Source of the DNA: Takakia lepidozioides
Taxonomy: Eukaryota > Plantae > Bryophyta
Assembly (NCBI GenBank): GCA_030704615.1
Contig: CM060733.1
Span: 56,544,001 to 56,608,000, forward strand
Length of the DNA stretch: 64,000 nucleotides
Direction of reading: 5' to 3'
The notes below the pieces were generated by a model that saw only the letters and a program-made list of their open reading frames with translations, was not told where the DNA came from and did not search any database. Position numbers and translations under genes: made by a program. Shown piece after piece: positions 13,684 to 25,895 of the stretch; position 1 is the stretch's first letter; every line of letters starts with the position of its first letter.

Positions 13684-14651
13684 TTTCTACTGCTTTTGAT
13701 ATCTTGTTTTGGGGGTGGTGTTTGTTTGAGCGTTCGCAGGTACACTAAATATGTGTTGATGGAAGGAAAACACCTGAGTGGAATCCCAGATTACCTGGAC
13801 ATGTGGTTCGACCCTACCATCGATCCCACCATGTACACAGCTGGTATCTTGAGGGACTGGAGTCCTGCCCATTTCAGGGACTGTGGATGGTACCTCGACT
13901 GCCCTCCAGAGCACACGACATTTCAAGAGCAGCAAATGAAGTATTTGAACAACCATGCGGAGATGCTGGCACCTTTGAACGACGAAGAGTACTAGAGGAA
14001 CATAGCTTCATTGGCCGGCAAGGAACCAGACGCACAGGCAACTCCCTAGAAAGGCAGGAAGGGGGGTCGCTAGGTGAAAGACAAGGATCCAAAGGCTTCG
14101 GAGGTTGATTTCTTTTCTTAATCTGGTAAGAATCTTTCTCTTCACATGGGACATTCGAAATTGTCAATGCCAATGTAGATGTTGGTTTCTGTTGGGACCC
14201 TCATTTTTCTTTGTATTTAAATTGGACCTGTATGCTGCAGGTGAGCACTGGTCCCTCATTCGTATGCGGTGTTCAAAAAACCTTTGCCGCTGACATGGTC
14301 ATCCTTGACATCCAGATGGCCAGCCTCTCCCCGACGTTCCTCCAAAGGGAAAGACTCCATCCTGGAACAGATTCGATGAGAACTACTGGAGTTGGGTATT
14401 CGGGTTCTGCAATAATTTCCTTTCAGATGCAGGAATGCTTTTGCTCTTCCAGTCATGTGACAAAGATAGTCGTAGGGACAGGCATCATACCTGAAGTCGT
14501 CTGGGTTTGAAATTCTGAGGACATGGAATTGTGTGAACATCCTCTACCTTCTGAAAGGTGGTTGCCCTGGATAGCTGGTATGGTACCACCCTCCTCCGTA
14601 CTGTTCCCAATGTCTTCTTGTTATTTCTGCTGGCTTGCTCTACCACCATCT

Positions 14652-14675
14652 GTGATGATCGGCACCGATCATCAC
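14652..14675. repeat. Single copy of the 24-bp palindrome in the intron starting at 14558
   Basis: GTGATGATCGGCACCGATCATCAC. Confidence 0.88.
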
Positions 14676-16029
14676 AAATACATTCCATTGTAGTTTTCAT
14701 TTGCAGTCCATGTTTTGTTCCTTCCTGCGCCGGACTTCCTCCAATATTTCCATGTCTCACCCCTACCTTGCATATTTGCCAAACGAGGATGTTTGAGGCA
14801 ATCTGCCTGAGGAGGATTCGCATCTCAAAAACACCATCCTCCATCCGCAACTTTGAAATTTCCGACCAGGGGTGTTTCATCAACCCCCCCTATGAACCGC
14901 ATGTGGATGACATGCTCTACAATTTCATGCACTCCAGTCAGATAGCCAAAAGACCAGATGGGTTTCCGTGGAGAGGTGCAAGGGAGAGAACCCCAACGTT
15001 CATGCAGATGCTTTTGGAGTCATGCAACCACCATTCTGCAAGGGTGGTCGACCTCACACTATCCACAGGTTCGTTGGTTCAATACTGTTCCCATTTTCGA
15101 GGTCTTCCAGTTTGCATCCGATACAACCTTCTTGAGGCTTTCTGTCTTGGCAGGTGTGATTTATCGTGCTTGCAAGGTTGGCGGGAGAAGCCTTTTTGGC
15201 ATGGAGGGCGACACCGAACTATTCAAGAGTGTCCTCCTCCCTCTTGTGTCTGGCTCTACGTCTGGCACACAGACTGAACAAATTCAAATCAGAAATGATG
15301 AGGATACTGAGGATAAGCAGATCGACAACGACTTTTCATGTGAGTAAGTGTGCCATGGAATTGTCATTCCAGTTTGGGTGCTTGTTCAATTTCGCAGACA
15401 TCAAATTTGCAGTAATAACTTTTATCATGCTGTGACTTGCGGGAACGGCAACGATGGAACTTCAGGAGAAACCCCCATTTGTGGCGAGACTGTTTTTGAT
15501 AGTTCCCTTTCCACTTTTATGCTTCCTGTGTATGCCGAAGCAATGACACTTCAAATGGCCGAGGCTCTATCCCCTGACTTCTTATTGCTCGATCGCAGGT
15601 GTATCCATCGTAGATCCGGAGTTCTTAAATTCTTGGACTTGGATGTAGAGGACGCGATGATACATTGTACTGACTTTGAGTCTGAACTTTGCAATGTCAA
15701 TCTTCATGAATCCATCGCACAAACCCCTCACACTCATGTCATATCCATTGTGTATTCATCTACTGTGTATTCATGCATCCTCCATTCAAGAATGTTTTCA
15801 ATTATTCAACATCCATTGTACATTCATCCATTGTACTCTCATCCATCCCACATTCATCCATCTGCTTGCATTGTTCCCACACATCCATCTATTTCTCATC
15901 CACTCTACATTCATCCATCCTGCATTCATCTGTTGCTTTCAGGTGGGAATGACCACGTCCTTTTATTATTTCGTCCAACTTGTTTCCGCGGTTGAGGGTG
16001 CTCTTCCACGGAAATACACTCTGCTTCTT

Positions 16030-16150
16030 ACTTGGCGCGCGTTTAAGCTCGATGACGTGGAGTGAGCCTGGTGATGTGGCGTTCACTCAAGGTGATGTGG
16101 CGTGAGCGCTGTTGCGCTCACGCCGAGGCATACCTGGAAAACCTCTAGGG
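16030..16150 (+). other. Candidate transposon terminus (GC-rich motifs and a perfect 11-bp hairpin)
   Basis: GGTGATGTGGCGT occurs twice; hairpin GGCGTGAGCGC-TGTT-GCGCTCACGCC at 16099-16124; then GGAAAACCTC and CTAG (16145-16148). No matching left end was found. Confidence 0.4.
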
Positions 16151-16174
16151 GAATTGGGAAAAAAAATGACGTTT

Positions 16175-16813
16175 TCAAAGTACACTTTTAGCGAATACGG
16201 TGTTTGCCATTCTGCATCTTGTCGAATTGATTAAGGTTGAAAGTGAATCCCACAAACGCTTCATCTTATCATCACAAAACCCTAAGAACTTTTTCCAAGC
16301 CTCGATGTCTTTCGTGAGTCCTTGTAAAGTCCATTTCCCATACATAGCTGGAGCATGTACCAAGACCTCTTTCTGCTCTTTGTGTTCTTCCTCGTCAGAA
16401 ATATCTAGCGCACGTATCAATTTCCTCTCAGCACCACCATTGCTTTCCAAAGTCTGGATTCTTCGAAGAGCATCCCTGTTCGTCCATTCTGCAAACACAG
16501 CCTAGTTCACAACTCTATTTTTCTTCTCACAATCAATGCCCCGTGCAATAGTTTTGATAACTAGGTGGGAAGCTGGAACAATTGTGCGTTGGTGTGTTAT
16601 CATCCAAATCTGATCTACACGAGCTATCAACCGTGAATCTGCAAGGTTGAAGAGATAGCTACAGCCATTCTTATTCACTAAAGGCCCAAACAACTTGGCT
16701 ACCTCATTTTCGGTGCAGTCTCTATCTATTTTCAACCGCCTTGGAGAAACTCCATCATTGCAAAGACCGTAAGTCCCCAAGCATATGGTCCATCTCGACA
16801 TAAATGTAAACAT
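16175..16813 (-). pseudogene. TE-associated hypothetical protein fragment with an in-frame TAG (probably from TGG)
   Basis: ORFs 16502-16813 and 16175-16498 are in one frame, separated by ...RVVN*AVFAEW; the pattern resembles the hAT cargo ORF at 32673-32999. Confidence 0.45.
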
Positions 16814-16869
16814 TGCAGATCTCGAATTGCAAAGCTCTTGGGAGCTTTATCTGATTGGCCTATACAACC

Positions 16870-17600
16870 AAAGGAATATGTCTTCCAAAATATTGGTGGA
16901 AGAGACAAATTCAGAGACAAATTTGCAGGTTGCAAGAAACAAAAGAGAGGTTAGTCCAAAGGAGTCCATGGAGCAGTCATCACAAGAACAATATGAAAGG
17001 AAGAAACATGTCACTTTGATAAGCATGCACCGAGTTTTTGTGGGATCAATCAACGTGTATGCAGTTGTCCTCGTGTTGCTGGCCGCTGTGACATATGCTG
17101 GTTTCATGCAACCTCCAGGGTCCTTTGATGAGGATGGATATATAAGAACCTATTCGGATTTCAAGCTGATTCTATATGTCTACTTCAACAGCTTCTCATT
17201 CTTTTTTGCTGTGGCTGATTTGTTGTTATGCTTAAGTGGAAGTTTTGCACCCTAAGCGTCTTGAATCTAGGAATGTTCATCCGTCCAAAGACCCGGCTAG
17301 GCGGCACAATCAGCAGAGTATGGTCAAATAAATACGAAGCGGCCCCAATCCACGAGGAGCTATATTGAGAGCAAGCCCTAACTCACCAACTGGCAGGATT
17401 TGTAGCTTCCACCCTCACCAAATTGGTATGGATTAACATCTTATTCACAGTCTCACTAACTTCCTGTGTGGCTGCCTTTGTGCTATTGTGAAACCAAATG
17501 GAGCCCAACAAATGCCAATGATTGTTACATCAGTTGTCGGCTCGTTGCCGGCTGCTGCTTATATTTTGTATTCATAATATGGTTGCGACTGATTCCATGA
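16870..17600 (+). pseudogene. PGG-domain (ankyrin-TM type) membrane protein fragment
   Basis: VVLVLLAAVTYAGFMQPPGS...YFNSFSFFFAVADLLLCL; further hydrophobic helices (WINILFTVSLTSCVAAFV) follow a stop/frameshift; no ankyrin part present. Confidence 0.65.
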
Positions 17601-19759
17601 AGTTCGTGTGGCGTGCTGGATTTTGCCTTGAGGCCTTTAACGAATCACTACTAGTAGACGCACTAGCAGAGAATGCAGGACATTTGCAGGTTCAACTGCA
17701 ATATAGTGGGCCCCGTATAGTCCAGGACAATATTGGTGGTATAGGGTTGTTCCATGAATCAAAAATCGATTAGGATCCAGGGCACCACTATTTTGGTGTC
17801 ACAGCAGGTCTATTCTAGGAACAATGTCTCCTTCATATCAGAATGTGGCAATTGCGAGTGGCAACGATCACTGCCACAATGTTTTTCTCCCAGAATTTCA
17901 TTACTCAATTAGAAGAAGTTGATCCCTCATAGTTAGATTTGTCACTGGTCTGTCCTGCTTTTAGGCTAATGAATTGAGAACTCTTAGTCTTAGCTCGTAG
18001 TTTATGCTTCTCTGTCTATGTTTCACAGGTGGCTTCTTGGGCTTTAGGACTTTAGTGCTTTTCCTGGCAGCCCTCTTCAGAGGCTTTTGACGCTTGGCCT
18101 TCTGGTTTTGGTGCTGCTTCGTGGTTGTCGTCTTTAGCGGCATAGCTTCTTAGGCTTTGCTGTAGTTTTTAGGCTTTTGGCTGGCGCTGGCAGTTGGATC
18201 TTTTGCTTTTCTTTTTCTTCTGCGGTGCTGGTGGCTTTTGTGTTATCTTCTACCTTGTTTGGCCAGCCACTCAGCTTTGCTCGCAGGTCTTTGTTCCATT
18301 GGCATCTCTTTTCTGCTTCAGTCTTTAGTGTTCTTGCAGGTGTTTTTTCTCTTTCTTTTTGCTGCTGTAGCTTAGGGCTCTTTGGTTGCTGCAGCTTGGT
18401 CCCTTTGGCTGAGTTTGGTTCAGTTCCTTATTCTTCGCAGTTCTTGGTTTCTGCCTTGCAACCTCCCTTAGGTTGCCTTGTTCTCCCTCTTTTCCCCCTC
18501 CCTTCTTTGGGCTTTTGGCTCTGAGTAGTACCTCAGAGAATACGTCCCCAGCCTTGCTCCTAGCAGCTGACACAGACGGCGTGAACCCAGCAAACACCCC
18601 AACCCTACTTATTACAGTAGTTCCAATTCTGAATTGCATCTGCTTCTCTCTGTAGTTCAATGGGCATTCACATTTTTGTCTCCATGTTGTCACACGACTA
18701 ATCTCGAATATGACCTTTGGCGGAGTCGCATGCACAAGGGCAACAAAAAGAGATTGAACCTTCACAGCCGGCCACTCTATCTTGACAGTGTGGTTAAATC
18801 CCTTCTCCCGAGTAGTACAAGTAGAGGTCGACATATTCAACTAGCGCGCCTTCCGTCTAAGCTTCACTACTTTTGCATATAAAAATAAAACTAAAAAGCT
18901 ACGTAGCGGTGTAAGTACTGTACGTCCATTCTTGCACGACTTTCAACTAAGACGCTGAGCTACCATTGCCAGGCTCTCTAAACACAAGAAGGACAACAGC
19001 TTGTCCGAGGGAGAAGTTGATGCACGCGCAAAGCTCTCACTATCGGTGATCACAGGTAACGTCTCAGTCACAAAATGAGCAACGTGCTGCCAGCGCGGCA
19101 ATTTTGAAAATCTCACAAATGGTGAGCCAATAGAATTCGGCGCCTCAGCGTGGGTCCCGCCTTGACTTTTCAGATATGGACTTATATGGACGACGCGATC
19201 TGCCAAAAGTGAGACACCCCTATCTTGCAAACATTTATTTAAAAACATGTTTCCACTTTGTAGCTTTTTTATTTTTCTTGGGAATTATCCATGGACATGA
19301 TTGTGTTATCTGCATTTACATAATGACAATTCAGAAGATTTACTAAAATGCAAGAAGACAACTCTAAATGTTATATAATCCTGATTCTAGTACCAAAAAC
19401 AAGGATGGTTTAGAATGTGAGGAAAACTATGTGTGGAATAATTTTATGATGTCTCTTTAGGGTACCTCAAGTAGCAAAAACATAGCATAGTCTTCATCTA
19501 ACCAATCACTTGTATTTTGAACTTTCAATGGTATGCAAGCTATATATGTATATATGAAAATATTAATAATTGATTGATATTTAGTTTGTTGCAACAACTC
19601 AGATTTATGTCAATAATATATTTTCTGTTTCTATAATTTCATCTATAAATAATTTGGTATAATAATTATTGAAGGTTTTTAAAAAAGAAGAAGAAGAAGT
19701 TTATGGAGCCCTTTAAATCACATTAAGAAAAATATCCACTAGGCTTTAATCCCACTGAT

Positions 19760-20040
19760 ATAAAATTCTTGGGCTTCCATCCCCATTTAAAAATAAATGT
19801 TCCGCTCGGCAACACTGTGGCAAATCTGGAAGGCTCGTTGCAGATGGACATTAAACAATGCTTCCTCCTCCTGTACAAAAATCCTTGCTTGTGTTTTCTA
19901 TGATGTTACTATTGCAGCTAAGTTGGCCCGGCAAAAACTATGTACAGAAGCAGACAGGAAACCAGAACGAAAAGATTCCCTCCTCGCCTCCTTTAGAGCA
20001 TCTTGGGGAAGAGGAGGAATCATTTGTTGCATCATTGATA
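19760..20040 (+). mobile_element. L1-like LINE ORF2 C-terminal fragment
   Basis: LWQIWKARCRWTLN matches the plant L1 W.IWK.R motif; it breaks off at the inversion junction near 20040. Confidence 0.65.
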
Positions 20041-20041
20041 C

Positions 20042-23000
20042 GGACTGCTGACAGACTTGAGGGTTGGGATAAAATGTGCCATTTTTGCTAGGCGGTCGAC
20101 CACGACAAGAATAGTGTCAAAAGATTCAGAGCAGGGGAGATCTGTGATGAAGTCCATAGATAATGATGACCATGGGCCCTCGGGAATAGACAACGGCTGC
20201 AGCAGACCATATAGACAGTGATGTGGTGCTTTTGCTCGGGTACATGTATCACAAGTGTGGATGAATTCCTTTACCAACTTCCACATTTGTGGCCACCAAA
20301 AATCCCTTGAGATAAGCTCGGATGGTTTTAGTTATACCAAAATGACCAGCTGATGGAAGGTTGTGTCGTGCTTGAAGAACATGCAAGCGAAGTGGTCCTG
20401 GGTGGTACATAAATGAGTCCCAATAGTGGATAAGGCATTCTGACTCCTGAAATGCGCAATCTTCGTTCGTTCTTTGGCGTAGACGTCGTCTTATATCCTT
20501 CGCAAAATGATCATTTTTTAGACTTCCGCGAATCTTTGCAAGAAAACTCGTATCAAGAGGAATTTTACTTTCTATTGACATGAGACGCAATTGTTCTGGT
20601 TTCAGAATGATGGACTTCTGTTGATCGAATGCAGCACCTCCTTGTTTAGGAGCCAGATATGATCGGCGTGACAGTGCATCTGGCTTCCCCTGTTGGCTTC
20701 CTGGACGATAAACAATGATGAATTCAAAGTGAGATAGAAACATACCCCATCTGGCTTGTCGACGATTAAGTACTAGAGCATTCATGAAATATTCGAGATT
20801 CTTATGGTCGGTGTGAACTATGACCGTATGCCGAGCTCTTTCAAGAAAATGTCGTCATTCTTCGAAAGCATCGATGATTGCTAAAAGCTCTTTATCGTGG
20901 ATTTCATAGTTGATTTCTGCAGCCGAAAACTTCCTCGAATGGAATCCCGCAGGATGCAGTCGTCCGTCGTCTAAAATGGGAGCTGTAGTAAAAACGTTCT
21001 TCAATCTCTGGAAGGTTTTTGAAGCATTGTCGTCCCACTTGAATTTATCCTTTCCTATAAATCGTGTTAGGGGTGCGGCAACTTTTGAATAGTCCTTGAT
21101 GAAGATCCGATAAAAGTTTGCAAACCCCAAGAAACATTGCACGTCCCGGACCGAAGAAGGTGTATGCCAATCGACAATGGTTTGGACTTCCTTAGGGTCC
21201 ATTGAGATTCCATTATCGGAGATGATGTAGCCCAAGAATTCAACCTTCGACTGGTGGAAAAGACATTTTTCTAGCTTTGCATATAGTCTTTTCTCTCGTA
21301 ATTTGTCGAGGACGAGACGGATGTATTTTTCATGGTCTTCGGAATTTTTGGAGAATATCAAGATATCATCTAAGTAGATGACTACAAAGTCGTCAAGAAA
21401 TTCTCCAAATATGTCGTTCATCATATGCTAAAAAATTGTCGGAGCATTTGTAGACCAAATGGCATGACGTTGTATTCAAAATAACCATACCTTGTACGGA
21501 ACGTTGTTTTCCATTCGTTGCCTTCTTTAATTCGTACAAGGTTGTAGATACCCCTCAAATCGATATTTGTGAAGATTGTGGATTGACCAAGTTGTTCTAG
21601 AAGCCTTGAAATCAGCGGTAACGAACATCGATTTTTTATCGTGATTTTGTTGAGACCTCGATAATCCACGCACATTCGTAGAGTTCCATCTTTCTTTTTT
21701 ACAAAGAGTATTGGTGCGTCGGCAGGTGATTTAGAATGTCGTATGAAGTTTTTCGAAAGATTTTCGTCAATGTAGCTGCGTAGCTCCGTCAATTCATTTT
21801 GGGAAAGGTTGTAGATGGGTCCAAATGGTGGTTGAGCTCCTTCTTGTAGTTCGATCGCACAGTCATAGGGTCGATGCTGTGACAACATGTTAGCGTTGTT
21901 CTTTTCGAACACGTCTTTAAAATCATGATACTGTGGCGGTAGTGTTTATGTGATTTTGTCTTCCATATTTTTTGCAGGCGTCGCATAGATCATGAAAGAT
22001 GTACCTGTCTTCGTAGCTTGTAGAAATGCTCTTGCCCCCAATGAGTTTTGGTCGAATGAATCTCTGTCTTTGACGTTGTTTAGTCCTTGAGAATATTTTC
22101 CCTGTAGGCCAGTCGATATCTGGATTGTGTAAGTTAAGCCACGACCGCCCCAAGATTATTGGGTTCGAAGGTGATTTGATGATGTTGAGCACAATATTTG
22201 ACACAAATTCTCCGTGGTGTACTTCAAGAGGTTGAGTCTCCTGAGTCACGTCTCCTGAAGCGAGGGTACATCCGTCGATAACTTCACAAGTTGCAGAGTT
22301 TTCTTTCTTCATCGGCTCCAAATATTCTTGTTGAGCAAATTCTTTGTTGATGAAACATGGTATAGCACCACTGTCTACTAAAGCTTCTATATGTATTACG
22401 CGTCCTGTGATATGTATATCTATAGGGACCATGAAACTTGATACAGGGTCTGGGGGTAGGAATAGACCCTTTGTCTTCCTTTGATTCGTATTGCCCAGCC
22501 GCAAGGTCCCTATTGGGGCTGGACAACCTTGTTTTCCGCCTGGTCTGCTCCGTTGGTAGTAGCTATGCTTCGAACCTTGTACGTTCTTTTGTTGTGACAC
22601 TTGGATGCAATATGTCCAGGTTCTCTGCAATATAAACAAAGTCCTAGCAGTCGGCGACGCTGTTTTTCTTTTGGCGTGAGAGGTTTGAATCGCACAACAT
22701 CAATCTGCATAGGTTCGTATTCTCTCGTTGAACTGCTGGGTGTCGTTTGTGGAGTAGGAGGTAGGGTCGTATTGGGCGTCCAAAGGATCCGAGTCTTTCT
22801 TGTCGTCTTTCATATAGTTGATTGTCGCAGGCAATGGCTTGGCTAGTGATCTCCCTCAAAGTGGCCACCTTCAGCATGGTAAGCATGAGATCTTTTACAT
22901 CGTCTCGAAGTCCCCAACGAAATTGACTGATGTAGTTGTTTTCATTCCAATTTACATCGCATGCTAACTGTCAAAATTTTGTAGCATAGGTTGATGCAAG

Positions 23001-23340
23001 GCGAGCTCCTTGTCGTAGAGTTCGAATTTTTGTATCGGCAACTCTTTCACGATCAACTTCATCAAACGTTGCATTAAACTCCGCAAGAAAACTTTCAAAA
23101 TCATAAAGCAATGGTGCAATGGTGCAAACCATGACAAGGCGGTTCCTGAAAATAAGGTCCCTATCAATCCAACCTGGGAGGCACTGTCAGGGTACCGGTC
23201 ATGTTGCAAACGAATGAAGAGCCATACTTGTTGAACAAACCTTCGAAATTTTGAGCTTGTTCCATCAAACTTTTCAGGCATGCTGACATTGGGTTCTTTT
23301 GTTCGTTGTTGTACTGTTGCTAAGGAAGTTTCTCGGGAAG
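20042..23340 (-). mobile_element. Ty3/gypsy chromovirus (Tcn1-like) gag-pol 5' half, degenerate
   Basis: Gag MPEKFDG, zinc knuckle CLYCREPGHIASKC, protease ALVDSGA, RT ([12 protein letters not shown]), RNase H (YEIHDKELLAI), integrase HHCC ([10 protein letters not shown]...CDTC) and SMDFITDLP, truncated at AHFIPTLKSVSSP. Confidence 0.95.
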
Positions 23341-23499
23341 TTTCCTAACCGCTTATAGACGAAGTTTCTTAAGAAGTTTCTTTATTTTGCAGGAAGTTTC
23401 TTGGGGAGTATCCTAGCTAGCTTAGGGATCTTCTAGAAGGGTCTAGAAAGTTATAGAATGAAGTTTCTAGAAGCTTCTAAGAAGGTCGCAGATATATGG

Positions 23500-24953
23500 T
23501 GTAGTTTTATTTAATATGTCTGTGCCATAGGGTACATGAACCACCATGTGGAATATACCTTGATATGATCTCGGCTATGAACACCCAGTGAATGTAGCAA
23601 GCATTTGTGGATGTAGTTATAGATGCATCGAAGGAGAACGACAAGAGCTCGACACAATGATAATGAGCCTTCTTTCCTGTGGAAGGAACGTAAAAAAGAA
23701 GGTATTTTAGGTGAGTCTATGCATGAACGCCAAGTGACGCGATTTAAACATATGATATCTTTTGGTGACTCATTTTGATTACATGTGAGCAAATGATTGG
23801 TGTTGGTCCCTAGATGTGTTGACTAGGGGTGGTGTATATACACCACCCATAGGGGGGGTGGGTATACACTACACTACCTATTCCAAATACTATAATTACA
23901 CCCAAATATAGACAAATCAACAAATAATCATCATTAATGCATTAAACAAATTTCAAATTTCAAATATATGTACATTAATTATGGTGCTTTCTTATTGGCC
24001 TATATAGGAAATACACACATATCCCAAATGCTCTTGCGAAGATACAAGGACTATGCCTTCACAAATCGTGGTGACCCCAAGTCATTTTCATGAATTGCAG
24101 TTGGAGAGTTGGAGGCTAATGAAATGGAGCAAAGAGCCCAAGCTTCGTAAGAAATCTATGTAACTCGACATTATTTGTTCTAGGTGAGTACACTGTTGGG
24201 GCTTCCAAGGGGTATACACTACCATATTGGGGTGGTATGTGCACACCACCTTATATGTACATGTATATTGAGGAGAGGGTTGGTGCGTGCACACCACCCT
24301 ATTTCTATATATACATATTGAGGATAGGGGTGGTGTACACACATTACCCCATACAAATAATATAAATACAATAGGGATAGCACGTGTACACCACCCTGCA
24401 AGAAGCATATGAGAATTTATATACTTCGTTTCAAATACAAAAACATACGCTAGAGAGAGGGGTATGGTACATGAACAACCCCGTTAAACATACCTTGATA
24501 TGATCTCGGCTATAGACACCCAAAGAGCGTAGGAAACGTTTGTAGATGTAGTTGTAGATGCATCTAAGAGAGAATGACAAGAGAGACACAATGATAATGA
24601 GTCTTCTTTCCTGTGGAAGGAACATACAAAAGAGGGTATTTAAGTAAGTCTATGCATGAACGCCAAGTGACGTGATTTAAACATATGATCTTAATATCTT
24701 CTAGCGGCTCATTTTGGTTACATGTGAGCACATAATTGATGTTGACTGAGGTGTTGACTAGGGGTGGTGTAGTTAGAAAATTCCACAACACAATAATCAT
24801 TAATGCATTGGGCATATTTCAAAATTCAAAGTTCAAAACATGAATGTACATGAATGTACATTAATTATTATGCTTTCTTATTGGCCTACATAGGAAATAC
24901 ACACCTACCCCAAATGCTCTTGCAAAGAAGGACTACGCCTTCACAAATCGTAG
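23500..24953. repeat. ~940-bp tandem repeat in the gypsy 5' leader (unit 1 and the start of unit 2)
   Basis: TACCTTGATATGATC anchors at 23556 and 24491; unit 2 is interrupted by the hAT and resumes at 40242. Confidence 0.85.
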
Positions 24954-25159
24954 CCTAGTTATCATTCCTAACTTGACGTGGCACTGACACGTCCGAAGTG
25001 CGTCACGTCACGTCGAATCCGGACGTTTATCCATGCAATTTTTTTTTACATTTGACTTTTACGATTTACTTCTACACTTTGTAATGACATGGCAGCCACG
25101 GTGTAAAACAGACGTGGCCAATTATTAAAATTTATTAATTCTTAAAAAAAAATATGTCC

Positions 25160-25895
25160 ACCTATATTGGCGGTCGCATATAATTTATGATTTTAAAGAT
25201 AAAAGCGACCGCCCATATTGGCGGTCGCTTGTAATTTAATATTTTGTTAAATTAAGCGACCGCTTATAATAAGCGACCGCCGGTAATTTATTTATTTTAA
25301 AATGAAGCGACCGCCCATATTGGCGGTCGCTTGTATTGTATTATATTTTAAAATAAGCGACCGCCTATATTGGCGGTCGGTTAAAATTTATTATGTTTTA
25401 AATGAAGCGACCGCCCAGATTGACGGTCGCTCGCACTTTATTATATTATTATTATTATATCCTTGATATATTCTGTAAAAATACAGCGACCACCATGTGG
25501 CGGTCGCTTATTTTTATTTGTGTTCTTAAATAAAGCGACCGCCGTTTGGCGGTCGCTTCTTCAGTTAATTTTTGAAAAATGCAGCGACCGCCATTTTGCG
25601 GTCGTCGCTATTTTTGTTAATAAAGAATACAGCGACCACCATTTGGCGGCGGTCGCTCGATTTGATTTTGATTCTTAAATTAATCGACCACCGTTTGGCG
25701 GTCGCTTACTTAATATTTTTTTTTAAATGAAGCGACCGCCATTTAGCGGCGGTCGCTTATTTAATATTTTTTAAAAAAAAACAGCGACTGCCATGTGGCG
25801 GTCGTTCTTCTTGTTTTTATAAATATAGCGACCGCCATGCGGTGGTCGCGTGTTTTTTTTTTTCTTAGAAATCGAGGGACTCGCCGTGTGGCGTT
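25160..25895. repeat. Palindrome array A: AAGCGACCGCC-N4-6-GGCGGTCGCTT in AT-rich spacers
   Basis: More than a dozen copies; lies upstream of the kinase gene. Confidence 0.92.

Larger units (their letters stand above)
9720..15347 (+). pseudogene. Multi-exon gene: ParB/Sulfiredoxin-like domain + beta-class N4C/N6A DNA methyltransferase-like domain, with frameshifts and stops
   Basis: Approximate GT-AG introns at 10181-10272, 10354-11580, 12199-12307, 12500-12583, ~12969-13104, 13332-13738, 14104-14240, 14558-~14706 and 15069-15153. ParB-like FYVWDGNQRLLAW (DGNQR at 12050-12064). MTase motif IV region ADMVILDI(P)DG...FLSDAGMLLLF, then motifs X/I/II RERTPTFMQMLLES...RVVDLTLSTG-VIYRACKVGGRSLFGMEGD. 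Stop TAA at 15345-15347. The 5' end is uncertain. Confidence 0.72.

Noticed and set aside
14876-14895. FINPPY as the MTase catalytic motif
   Set aside because: It lies in the variable region just before motifs X/I. The DMVILDI(P)D segment occupies the canonical motif IV position, so NPPY may be coincidental.
9720-15347. Bacterial or phage contamination explaining the ParB-MTase
   Set aside because: It has multiple GT-AG introns and is embedded among plant TEs.
16099-16150. Firm Helitron 3' end call
   Set aside because: CTAG is ~20 nt from the hairpin and is followed by G rather than T; no 5' TC end or Rep/Hel was found.
17950-19250. ORFs 18177+, 18325- and 18943- as genes
   Set aside because: They are low-complexity or motif-free sequence that cannot be assigned without a search.
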